A stretch of DNA of 57,656 bases, counting the filler, from Sphacelaria rigidula (Eukaryota), in the NCBI GenBank assembly GCA_964200075.2. It is 4 parts of 4 records of this genome, joined end to end, with 100 filler letters (N's around TTAATTAATTAA, not from the genome) between each part and the next. Parts side by side here need not be neighbours in the genome. Positions count along the whole stretch, not along the records: positions 28,884 to 43,220 come from CAXNAA020002306.1; positions 43,321 to 57,656 come from CAXNAA020002307.1; 2 more parts are not named here. The stretch is one strand, 5' to 3'. The translations under genes and the position numbers were made by a program. The notes beneath the pieces are model-generated. The model saw only the letters and a list, made by a program, of their open reading frames with translations, did not search any database and was not told where the DNA came from. Shown here piece after piece: positions 36,501 through 48,500 of the stretch (position 1 is the stretch's first letter; every line of letters starts with the position of its first letter).

Positions 36501-39474
36501 TGCAGCCCACCATTCTGCTACAGCGGGAACGCCCGCAACGGTTAAGGCCGACCACTTCATGATCCCGCGGCCGGCCGACACTGTACTGTCGGGCACGGGG
36601 TGTTTATAGGCACGTGCCTATTCTTTACTTCACACATACAGCCCAAGCAGCCGCCGGAGCAAACCCGCGCCAGCAGCGCCAGCGACAAGGACATTATGCG
36701 CAACCCGCGACGCAATTTCCACATGTACCATCACTAGATTTTCGGCATCTTTTTTCTACCCTCTCTTGATTGGAGCTAGGCTGATGACGTTAGGTACCCT
36801 TACCGCCGATCGCCTCTCCTGGCGACGCACCCCACCGATCTCCTCGGTGTACACGTTCGCAGCAGTCGCCAACACTGCTTTCATCGTCCCCCTCGTGGTG
36901 TTGGCGTCGATGGCCCGAATTTCTTCCGTCGCCTTGAACAGTTTGTTTTCGGGCGCAGAGCAATTGGGGGCGGGCAGTCGAAAATATCGGCAAGTCGAAG
37001 TTACGGCCAGTGTCGGATGCAGGTAATCAGCCGTTCAACCTGGGCGACCCGTGTGTTGTGTTGTGTTGTGTTGTGTGTTGTCATCCCATCTATTCTGGAC
37101 GCCGCTCTACATCTTTCGGTATATGTGGACGCATCAGCCGGGGTCACACAGGAGGAAGTTCGACATGGGAGTTTTTCATTTTGTACTTGCTTTTGTTCTC
37201 CACCTTCCTTCTGCGGTGCTTGCCTTTATTTTTTATCGCGAAAGGGGTTCAGCAAAATCCCTTTCCCTCGTCGACTGTGAAGTCGACTTTTTTTTACCCC
37301 CGACATAGTCGCTCTCCACTGTTGGGCGTTGTGTAAGAAAACAACCCAGATCGCTCCGAGATTTGAACCCACCCCCCATCCGTCAGAAGACTTCGTGGCT
37401 ACCAACTGAGCCACCGGGGCGACCGGCAATACTATGTAAAATCGGACGGACGACACTGTAAAACAACCTAGTTGGCGATTCCGATTCTACCCCATCACGC
37501 ACACGTCAAGGTTGTCATCTGCTCTCTTCGAGAGATCGTACCATCTTCAGAAGGTAGGAGAAGAACTCTTCCGCGTCCTCCTGCCCGTCTACGGTCGAGG
37601 GGCCGTTCACGAACTTCCTGAACGCCACCAACACAGGCCTCAAAGCCTGCCAGCACAGTCGGAACAGTACAACGAGTAGAATGTGTGTCAGTGCATATCG
37701 GGCTTTCCTTGTCTTGCGCGACTCGACAGCTGTGATACCACAGCAGCTGCCATGCAAAACTCGAGGTGGATCAACAACCTCATCTAGCGAGCGTGCGTGT
37801 GGAACAGGCGCCCGCAAGTAGAGTGAGCGGGAGGGCGTGGATGGGAGGCGGAGCGGGGAGACTCGATCATGAGGGATCAGCAACTTTCGATTTCTGTGAG
37901 CCTCGCCAACGATCAAATCGACGTGAAAATCGGGTTATCGCAGGATACCAGTCCGCGGTTCGACGGAGAGAACCAGCTCCATCAACATTCATATTGCACG
38001 TACTGTGACTACGTCTGCTACTACTTCAACTCTATCGGTGACCGAACACACCAACAGCCTCAACCCCGACCTACTCGGGCGCCATCACTGTGCAAACCAT
38101 ATGAAGAACTCACCCCTTTCGCGGCGTTGATGGAGCCTACGCCTACGCCATCGCCACACGGCTCCCGCTCGTTGCGGCTGGCCTTGCCGATACGTTGCCG
38201 ATACGATTCGACAAAGCTGCACAGCGAGGACAGCACCGGCAGCTTCTCGTCCACCTCCTCATGGCACTGCTTCACCGCAGGCTCAACGGCATCGATGAGG
38301 CTGAATATTGTGTTTTCGTACCCAACCAGGGGCGGGCCCGCGGAACGGGAGTTGTTGAGATCGAGAGCAATCGTGACTAGCTTAGGGCGAATTCAGCTAC
38401 GGGATAACGCCCATGTACGAGGATCTTGCTTGTCACAGAAGCAACCCGCGTAGTCTGCACACCGTTGGAAAGTAGAAAATATTCATGTGAACTACAAACA
38501 ACCCTGTCGCCGAACTCATCACCTTGCGTAGTTTCGATAAACCGGGTCTACAACTACGATACCTACAGTGCGGAGTCACACCAACTAGACTCACAGCACC
38601 ACCTCACCGATTCCGCTCACCCGATCACGCCTTGGCAGCCCAACAACGCTTGCAAAACGGCGTTGAAGAAACAATCGTTCTTCACATTTACGAGACCCCT
38701 AAAGGTCAAAACCCTCCTCTTCGCCGGCCGGGCGGCCGCCGCCAAGCGCCTCCTGACGCAGATGCCCCGCCACCACGCCGCGATCTTCCCGGCCATGTCA
38801 TCCTGCCTGCGCAGCGCACGGCGAGCCATGGAGCCCCGCACAGCCGATTGGACCACAACGGCGGCCTCCCTCGCCGCCGCCAAGCGCCTCCTGACGCAGA
38901 TGCCCCGCCACCACGCCGCGATCTTCTCGGCCATGTCATGCTGCCTGTGCAGCGCACGGCGAGCCATGGAGCCCCGCACAGCCGATTGGACCACAACGGC
39001 GGCCTCCCTCGCCGCCGCCAAGCGCCTCCTGACGCAGAGGCCCCGCCACCACGCCGCGATCTTCTCGGCCATGTCATGCTGCCTGTGCAGCACACCTCGA
39101 GCTGCAAGTCGACGGTTGCGTTGGAACGAAGCGTACAACATCGCGCACGTCGCGAAAAACAGAAAAACGGCGATTGTCGATCCGTGGACACTGCCATAAC
39201 TGTCCATGCCGCTGGCCTTTTTGGCAGGCTCCAAGGCGCCCGCGGCAAAGGTGGTTGGCACCGCGGTCATCGCCCGTGTCGTCGTGCGCTCGTCCTCGAC
39301 AGGACCAAAGGGCCAAATCTTCGCCTTGCCCTTCTCCGAGCGCCTCTTGGCGCTGTTGCGCTCTTGGCGAAGCGCGCGCTCAATGTTGGTGGACTTGCTG
39401 GTGTTCGCCAGCGTCCACGCCTTCTTGAAAAAAATTACACCTTCACGCAGGTAGAACCCCGCGCATTGGGACAT
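33593..39474 (-). CDS. Ubiquitin-specific protease (peptidase C19, USP10/Ubp3/UBP24-like), about 655 aa, with N-terminal hydrophobic segment and IQ repeats
   Basis: Phase-compatible exons 39474-38621, 38300-38114, 37646-37542, 36932-36804, 36339-36238, 35797-35597, 35133-35021, 34569-34472, 33771-33593 (1968 nt). Cys box GLVNVKNDCFFNAVLQAL; QEDAEEFF; LDGLFSG; APPMMVIQAKQF; YRLIAVVMHHG; His box GHYTSLV; WREFDD; PYLLFYER-stop. Start uncertain: acceptor-like site at 39483 and an alternative ATG at 39207. Confidence 0.9.
37051..37427 (-). mobile_element. tRNA-derived SINE in a USP intron
   Basis: Same family, with A/B boxes and (CACAA)n tail. Confidence 0.87.
38735..39092 (-). repeat. Coding tandem repeat, 138-bp (46-aa) unit, about 2.6 copies, two IQ-like motifs per unit
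   Basis: GCCAAGCGCCTCCTGACGCAGA recurs at 38741, 38879 and 39017; copies are nearly identical. Confidence 0.95.
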
Positions 39475-40203
39475 GGGGGCGCCCTGCGCATCATGGTTCG
39501 AGGGTGAAGGAGCAAAGAACGACAGGAGAGATGGAGATGGGAATGACAAGTGGTGAAAGCAGGCGGTACTTTCAGGGACGGATGCAGCCCTTTCGTGTTT
39601 TGCCACGTGTGTGTTTTCATCACATCTGCAAGGGTTAGTCCGTATCTTGAAAAATGTGCAACACTCCAGTTTCTTACGGAAGCCCAACTGAGGGGAGGAG
39701 GCTTACAGCTACTGTAGTTTGGGAACGAGTCTGTTTCCAGGTACTTGATGCTACCAAGCCTCACTCGTAGCTGGTGCTGGGTTCGTCGCCGCTGCTAGAT
39801 CCCGAGGCTTCTCGCCACCCAACGCGTCACCATGGTGGCCACAGACAAGGGACTGATTCTCCTTTACCGGCTTGAACTTCACCAGTCATTGCTTTCGTCC
39901 TCAAATATGTCACAGTGGCCACAGATCAAACATGGAATTCACTCAATCGGATGTTTTTCACACACGATTAGTCACCTTCAAACATTGATCGTCATTTAAC
40001 GATCCGGATCGGTTCGGTGTTCAGTTGGCAGACCAAGCTTGTATTCATTATCTAGAGTATTAGTTGAGTTCTGCGAACAACAGGTCCACCTTGGGTTCAC
40101 GTGCGATTTCGTGTTGTGTGGATGTCTAGGCAAAGGACATTGTGACCGTGGGTGACCACACGCTGAAAAACTGCACACGAGACGAAAACACCATCAATAA
40201 CAT

Positions 40204-40620
40204 GCTCGGTGAGATTAGGAACGGTTTATTTTCGGAACGGGAGGTTTTTCGTGATTTATACCAAGGCGGTCGAAGCGTCCGAAGCGCTCGTCTACCGCTG
40301 AAAGCCCGTGATCTGAGGGGAATTTTGGCGCAATCACATTTGTAGTAGAATCACATTTGTAGTAGGTGACGCCTTCCATGCGATATGAACAAGAATATGT
40401 GCGTGTTTTTTTTTTTGCACTTTTTGTATTTTGCTGGACGTATTTTGCCTCACCACTCTGCACCGACCGCGCCGATTTTAAATCTTTTTCCACCAAAATT
40501 CTCGTCACATCTCACGAGCTTCCAGAGGCAAAACGGCCGTTTCGGACGGTTCGACCATCGTGGTGTCAACCACGAAAAAGCTCCGTTTCGAAAACGAAAT
40601 CCGTTCTTAATCTCACGAAC
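40204..40620. mobile_element. MITE-like foldback element with long imperfect TIRs
   Basis: GTGAGATTAGGAACGG...CCGTTCTTAATCTCAC; imperfect inverted similarity extends about 120 bp. Confidence 0.65.
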
Positions 40621-40639
40621 ATAATAATCATCATTACCG

Positions 40640-40862
40640 TTGTGGCTGGTTCCCGTGCCAATAAGCACTAGGGTGGCACGTTCTCATCCAAAATTTACCG
40701 TACATTTCGGCTGGTTCTTGTACCAATGAGAAACAGGGTGGCCAGTACCATCCGAAATTCACCGTGCATCACCACCGAGGTGGCTGGTTCCTGTACCGAT
40801 GAGTGCCAGGGTAATCAGTTACCATCCCAAATATACCGTGCGTTACCGTGATGGCTGGATAC
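40640..40862. repeat. Degenerate minisatellite, 65-73-bp unit, about 3.3 copies
   Basis: GGCTGG(TTC) anchors at about 40644, 40709, 40782 and 40852, with shared GTACCAATGAG...AGGGT...CATCC.AAAT..ACCGT. Confidence 0.7.
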
Positions 40863-42064
40863 TGTGGTGAACGCTACCAACGTCAGAAAGGCATACCGAA
40901 GATTTCCTCTATCTCTTCACTGTTTATTCAATGTTTTCATCATTCCTATTTTCACTTCTTGTTTAGTTTTTTTCTATGATTGCTTTTCGTTCTTCCTATT
41001 TTTCTTTACTTATCCTCAACTTCACTCCAATTCATTTACATTTGTTTATTCTTCCTTCATTTTTTTCTTCACACTGCTAATTAGTGGGGGTCCCTCTTTT
41101 TATTTTCACTTCCACACCTACGCATCACCGGGGGTACGTGGATCGTATGCTACCCTCTCCCCTATCAGGGTCGGTACCACCCCTCTCCGACGCCGCCTCA
41201 TTTTGTTTAGGATTTTGTGTAGTATCGGTATATTTAGGGGTTTGTCTGGCGTTTGGGGTTGGGGGTGGGGGGGAGCGAACTCATTTGTTGCTTGGTTTCG
41301 TCATTTGACCATTGACCACGCATCCCTTGCTAGACGGAACGGGCGTTTGGGAGAGGGGGGGTGGTGGTCTAGGACCCTTCCCCCTCACCCCCCTCCCTGA
41401 GGGCGTGTCTTTGCACATCTTTTTTCGATCGGAAAAATGGGGCGGTGGGATTGATTTGAGCGAAATTCACTCATATTTCTCGAGTTGGGTCCAAGCGAAT
41501 TTGCAGCCTTTCGATCGAAAAAATACAGTGAAATTCGTGAAATGGTACATGGTCACTGGTGTACAGTACAGACAGCCTGTACTCGTACTGGCTGGACTGT
41601 TTCCATGCAGCGTCTCGAGTGCGTGCGTGCGTGTTTCGTACAGGAGGATGTGAAGGAGAAGCGGGCAATGGGCAGTGCAGACAGCCCAGAACCATGTGTT
41701 CTCCCTGCTGACAATGCGACGTGAAAAGGACTTGGACAAAATGCGCCTTTGTACTGCCTGCTTTGTCCATGAGCGTGTGCCCAACTCGGTTGCCCACCCC
41801 ACCACGCAGTTCCGTCGCTGATCCCTACCATGAAAGAAGATGCTCAAGTTTTCGCCGACACAAAACAAACTCATCATACCCAACCAACAACTGCTGTGTA
41901 CCTATCCCTGTGCTCAACTCGTGCTCTATGCTGCAGGGTTGCGGTGGTGGCTGAGAGAGAATTGGATGGAGCTTGCATGGTTCCATGAACTGGTGGTATT
42001 TGGCGTGGTGGTCTGTAAAGTAGAAGTCAAGTGCCCCTTCGCGCCTTTTGACCGCATGTTTTTG

Positions 42065-43220
42065 ATCGAAAAAGCTACGAGCTGGGCCGGCCTGGACGCG
42101 GATTCAAGCTCTCGAAAGTAGGATTCCATCGACACAGACAAGTTGTACCGTGATCCGCGTATCGTACTACTCGTCTGTTCAAGAGGAAGATGTCCGTCTG
42201 CTCGAACGTCTGGGCCAATGTGTTCTCGTTGATGAAACCCCGTGTCTAGTCATTCCTACACCGTACGGAGATACCGTCCATACCAAACTCTATGTGAAAC
42301 CCGAACGATACATACAGCGGATTTTGACGATTTTTGGTGTGGACATTCCCTGGAGCACGGGGAAACGATCGATACACTCACCTTCGCCTAATTCGTCATC
42401 TATCTCGAGGTATGGAGCACAAAATATTACATACTGAAATCAATATGTTACGAGCAGAGGCACTAAATGCAATAAATCTGGATATCGCGTCTCAATTCTT
42501 GGGATTGTGCTTTGAAATTTCGTAGGGAGAATCACTAGTGCATACTGACACGTATAAAATCAGCTTTTACTTTTTTCCGATTTTTTTCCCCGTTTTTTCA
42601 AGGGAGTTTTGAGGGAAAATGGACAACGTTCTCGGACCTTGTCTCAGCTTTTCTGCTCAATTTTTAGACTCGTGATCTGAAACTTGGCATGGAGAACCGC
42701 AAAGGCATGCTGAAGAAAACAAATGGGCCTTCAATGATATACACATATTTTTTGGAGCGGTATGAGCGTTGTGGTGAGCATACGGTCTTTACTATACTAA
42801 AACGTCCTGAACAAGCAAAGAAATCAAAATCAAAATCAACGCGTCTAACTTGTTTTGGTTCATCATGGCCTAGCGGGGCCTTACACAGAATTTCGAAACA
42901 CAAGTATCAAACCTGGGCCGGTAAATCGCCTGCGAAATACTGTTCTGAATTTCGACCGGCCCGATGTCTAAAACGCGCCGTCTAGGCTCAATATTGAGGG
43001 TTGGACTTTCCAATTCAGTCCGGAAAATGTATACGAGCTGGGCCGGCCTAAAAAAGGATTCAAGCTCTAAAAGCAATATCTCTTCGACGCAGACGAGTTG
43101 GGCCGTGATCCGCACATCGTATTAATCGTCCAATCAAGGGGAAGGAGCCCATCTGCTCAAAAGTTTGGGCCCATATTTTCTCGTTGATTAAACCCCATGT
43201 CTAGTAATTCTTATACCTAA
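42065..43220 (+). repeat. Diverged direct repeat (about 42065-42262 and 43025-43220)
   Basis: Shared ACGAGCTGGGCCGGCCT...GGATTCAAGCTCT...CCGTGATCCGC...TTCTCGTTGAT.AAACCCC.TGTCTAGT. Confidence 0.7.
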
Positions 43221-43320
43221 NNNNNNNNNNNNNNNNNNNNNNNNNNNNNNNNNNNNNNNNNNNNTTAATTAATTAANNNNNNNNNNNNNNNNNNNNNNNN
43301 NNNNNNNNNNNNNNNNNNNN
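43221..43320. other. Artificial contig linker
   Basis: N44-TTAATTAATTAA-N44. Confidence 0.98.
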
Positions 43321-43536
43321 ACGAAGCACGCACACACGCACTCAAGACACCCTACTTGCAAGCAGTGGAAAGAGTACACCCCATGTACCGTTTCACGAAT
43401 TTCACTGTCTTTTTTTCGATCGAAAGCTTGAAAATCCATCCGGACCCAACTGCATCAGAACGAGAATTTTTCGCTCGGATGGATTCCACCGCCTCATTTT
43501 TTCGATCGAAAAGAAAAGTGCCAAGACAGGCCCTTA

Positions 43537-44024
43537 GGCCGGATGTTATGGCACATAGTTTTTTGGCCCACGGATTGTTCACTTCGGGACGTTTGACCCA
43601 CTTTTTGACCCACAAATAGGGGAAATCGCCAACAAACGTCTTGGACATTTTGCATCACCCCCCAGACAGGAGCCTAGCCCACTTTTCAGATTCGCTTGGC
43701 TCTAAGGTTTCGAGAACGGCCGCTGAACAATTTTCCGTGTGCAATAAAATCCACGGCGATCTCCACAGATTATTGGGCAAACGGGCGGGGGTCGGCAAGC
43801 ACAGATTTATGCGCACGAATAATTGTTCAGCGGCCAATCTCGAAACCTCGGAGCCAAGAGCGCAGCGAATCTAAAAAGCAGACTACGCTCCTCTCTGCGG
43901 GGTGATACAAGGTGTCCGAGACGTGTGTTGGCGATTTTTCCTGTTTGGGGGTCAAAAAGTGGGTCAAACGTCCCAAAAGTGAACAATCCGTGGGCCAAAA
44001 ATCCGATTGCCATAACATCGGGCC
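43537..44024. mobile_element. Palindromic MITE A (about 490 bp, TIRs >130 bp)
   Basis: GGCCGGATGTTATGGCA...TGCCATAACATCGGGCC; second copy at 52597-53080. Confidence 0.8.
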
Positions 44025-45569
44025 CTAGTCGCAGAGTCGCAAAGTCCTTTTAGGATATTGTGCAACGTCCAAAAACGCAAGATTTGTGCAGTGTTCGACA
44101 CGGGACAGTATACGTTGTCCAATGCCAGACATTATTGGGCAGTACCTTGGCTAATGGATGATACTAGGGATACCTCCGGCAACGCCTGTGAACACCAAGC
44201 GGGTGTGATACCCAGCAAAAGCAGTGCTGCGTGAAGTAAGAGACGGCTGCCCTGCCAGGCAACTGCCAACAAACCCGAACAAACTCACCCGGTCGCCAAA
44301 AGGCAATCTCCACCGATCCAACAAAATTCTGAGCCAAGAACAGCAAGAGGAGATCCCTCAGCAAGATGTCATGGTGATATTCCACATGGCAGTGTCGCGA
44401 ACAATTGGTGTCGTTGGGCCCTCTGTTGTGATGAGATGCGAAAAGTTCTTGCTGTGTTCTTCACATTTGCTCTGATGTTCTGACCCGCGTTCGAACTCGA
44501 GAAATCCCCGACGCAAACATCCAGATGCATCAAACCACACACACACATACAAACATCCTTGGACGTCAAGCACGCTCGGGGGGAGATATAGAAACCGCGG
44601 AGAGTGCCGTCTATTCGCAAAAACAACTGTCCCGCGAAACGGGATGGTTGTCGTGCTCGATCCGGGTTACCGTCCGCTCCGTGAGTAGGCGTTTGCGATT
44701 CTTCAGGTCTGATATCAGTGGAGGAACAGGAGGGCGCCTACGCACCCCTACAGTCATATCGATATGCCAACCGTACCGTAGTACACACATAAATAATCTT
44801 TCTGATTTTGAAAGGGCCTTCTCGTTTCCTTTTCTTCCATGAAGATTCAGTTTACTGGCGGTGGAGAAATGTAACTACTTTGTCAGGACGCAGCCCACGT
44901 TGCGTTGTTATTGCGGCGTGATCACAGCGACCAGCTGACGACAAATGATTATTTTGTTTTCGAGGCGGTATGACTACTCTAAACCCCAACCCATGGGTCC
45001 CCGATAGATATAGTCGAAGTATCGCTGTGCCTCCCAATCGTGAGGAAGTGCACGCGTTTTGGTGCCACAGTCAAGGTTATCTCAGAGTAGTAATCAGGGG
45101 CCAACGAACTGGTGAGTGTGCGAGGATGGCAATACATGCATCGTCTTTTTCAGCAAACAAATTCACACAAAACCCCGGCAGTAGTGCAACCCGGACGCAA
45201 TGGGAGAACAGCTACATGGCATGGAGAATTAGCCACCCCGTACACAGCACAAGCAGAGGCGCGATACCTACATTCTAGAAAACAAAAAGTGCAAGCACCA
45301 CATCACTTTCACTGTGGTGCCGAGCACACCACGGAACATGGGTGAACCGTGGAGTACGATACATTTAGATATGTACACCTTCGACGTTCACATTTTCCCA
45401 GAAACCCAACCCTCATTTTTCTCCCAAAAACGCCGTACTTTGATGTATCTCCACTCCCCATTCCCAACCTACGAATGCTGCCGTGCTCTGTTTGCTACAT
45501 CAAACAATCCTCGACTTGTATGTTGGGTGGGGCATGCTCGAGGCGTACATGAAGCTCATCTTGGAGACC

Positions 45570-48500
45570 ACACACGATGATACACCGCAACAAGAGACCC
45601 GCACCTTCGTATCACTGGGAAGGCTTCGGCAGGAAAAACACCAAACCTCCGTGGTTTGATGTGCGCATTTTCGACAAGGAAAGACGCGACATGGGATGGG
45701 TCATAAATAACACCGATCCGCCCGGTGGCTCAACGAAGGTGTGCTATTTGTTTGCTGAACATAAACTGTGGTGCATCACGCCTTTGAGATTGTATCATGT
45801 CTGTATCCATACAGTACGACAACAACAATCGTACGATTATCCGCTGTTGAAAACTTGACCGTTCCTATGCGGACGGTTGACTACTCTATGCACAGTTGCA
45901 TTAGTGGGCAGCTTCGAGCGCCTTCAGACATGATTCTACCTGCAGCTACGTGGCTGTATCTGTTCGAAATTATAGAGCAACATCGAGTCACCCGTATTAT
46001 ACGTGGCAACTTGAAATCACGAAGAGGTGAACAATGTCTACAACATTTTGCCGCGCAGCGCCCAGCAAAATAGAAAGAGAATACGACCCACGGCCCCGTG
46101 GGAGTAGGATTTACCGCATGAAAACGACGCACGGTTTGGAGCCCTGCTCAGCACACAGCAGCGCAATATTGTCCCCCATATTGCCAATAATCCTATTTAT
46201 CTGAGTACCAGGTACGTCGGGAAGGCGCAGCCCCCTTCGTGCACGATGACGACCCACGCATTTACCGACCGACTGTGCCCGGCGGGAAGGGTAGGCTTAG
46301 CGTAGACACCCCCGCCACTCCATCGTCTCGGGCACTCGTGTCCCGTGAGGGTACTAGAAGACGCACTAATGACTTCGGTGGTAATAATGTCGGCGGTGCT
46401 AAGTTTGAGGAGGCGGGTGCTAAGGCAAAGCTCGCTGCCATGAGTGAAGCGTTCAGGGGTTCCCGACGACAAATGCTAGCGAACTTGGAGATTTCACGAC
46501 GATCAGGTGGGTAAAAAAAGAGGACCTTTTACTTTTCTGCAGTTCAAAAAATGAATAGCCCAAACAAACTGCGGTTTTCAGCCATCCCACAACAGCACTG
46601 ATGCCAATTCAACGGCATGAACCCACCTTCGCGTCCGTGGGGATGGGCTTGTAACTGCGAAGGGAAGACAAGAACATGCCTCGGGTATCGTTGAGTGCAC
46701 CCACGTTCCCATCAGTTTGTTTTCAGGTACAGTGTTGGATACATCAGTCGTTCGTTATATGAAACAGATACTCCTCTGCAGTGACGATATACAGATGACG
46801 GATGGAGGTCGTGCTCCGTGCTGGCAGACATGGTAAGCCGTATGCCCTCGCGTTCACCACATGCAAAGCAACCTGATCTTTGCTTTGCCGTCACCTCTCG
46901 GTTGACAAGACGGAATGCTTAGCAAACTAAAGTGCCGAAAAAACATACTATCGCTGATAACACCAGCATCGCATCTTGCCCTTTTTGCGCATATTTCGAT
47001 ACCACGCTGGACCTACCGGCAGAGCTTGGCGAGACTATCTGCGGGCGGGGCGAGTCCATCAAGAAACCGCTTCTATACCCACAGGTGGGCCAACAGAAAA
47101 GGAACAAATTCTTCAATTGCGTGCATGGTGAGAAATCTCAAGCCCTGCAAAAGAGAAACCCTTACGTCTTAGTCCGAAATTATTCCTCGGAGCGACGCGT
47201 CAATGCACAGACATCCCCAGTACTGTACTTGTACGGCATTTTCACGCCACCAGTCTGAAGAGATCCCGTGTAATGAACACGCCGTTCCGTCAGCATATCA
47301 GTCATCGACAGTCAGTGGTGCCTATTCACGCCAGAAAGATGCCTTAGTGTGCCCTCGAGCACAGGTGTATGTACGTCCGCTTTTGGCCCTACGGCAGAGA
47401 AACTGCCCCCCGGCTAAGCTCGAGAGGGGAAAGTAGAAATTTCCTCCATGTCGCCGCGACGGTGGGTCGAACGGCTTCCTGCTTCTTGACTTTATCAGCG
47501 CGAGAACGTGGCCGGCTAGCAGTGTGCGCGTAATCCATTTAGTACGGTAACACCCGCTGAGGGCGTCTCTAATGTGTTATTTGCTTCGGTCTCTCCAAAA
47601 CACGTTTTTTGCCATGCTGCAGACGGTGACACACCAGCAGGCTCTCACGCTGGAGAAGAAGGCTGGACCTCGGCCACTAGCCGAAGATGATGACACATCA
47701 GCGCAACGAGAAAAACCATCGTTCGAACCTTGGAACCAGCATATGTACTTGCCATATTCCAGGAGGCGGTCCGATTTTCCACACTTGCAATGAATATTGG
47801 AACTGTGGTTATTGCTGGTGTTCCTGGTCTCCTCTGATCATGTAGCTTGCATTTTTTTGAATACGCGGGCATCATGGCAAAAACTCGAGCTCGCCTTTGC
47901 GCAGCTGCGCCAGGTAAACAACTGCTCTTATCCATACAAAGGGCCGGCAAAATAGTCTTGCATCACGAAGTCGAATGTGCACGCCGCTGCATGCGGCGTC
48001 CGTATTTCGGTGTCAGGAGAATGACACAATACCCGACACATCTGCAGGTGAGCAAGCAGAAGATTCGAGCACGGCTACGCATGTCTGCAAACACTTTCAG
48101 CAAGCTAAACCCAAGCTTTGACTCTGCACCGGCCATGGGTTTTACTCACATTCCCGGTGTTCCCACCCCGAGACACAAGTACCCTGTCATTCTCCGATAC
48201 GGAGCCTATTTAGGAGCAGGTCGACGAAACGAATCAGTGGATGTCGACGTTTCCCAGGAGCACGGTGCAAAGGGTACTTTCTCGCTTGGGTCCCAGGACA
48301 CGGAGCACCAGGTTGACTAGTGCAAAGTTGATCACTTCACTGTTTCCAAAACAACCGAACAAGAGCATGAAAAAATAGCAATGCGGAGCATGCAGACCAG
48401 CAACGATGAGAAGCAAGGCGATTATCGCCGTCGCCAGATAGGACCTTCTCGGTCAGCTGGTGCGGGGCGCCCCAATGAGGGAAACAGTCATCATATGCCC

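Noticed and set aside
14871-39474. Two IQ-containing genes side by side as a calmodulin signalling cluster
   Set aside because: They are on different contigs joined by an artificial linker.
38426-39507. Long plus-strand and alternative-frame ORFs over the 138-bp repeat
   Set aside because: Shadow ORFs of a GC-rich in-frame repeat; only the minus frame leads into the USP Cys box.
40640-40862. CRISPR-like array
   Set aside because: Units are degenerate along their whole length, there are no unique spacers or cas genes, and the context is eukaryotic.
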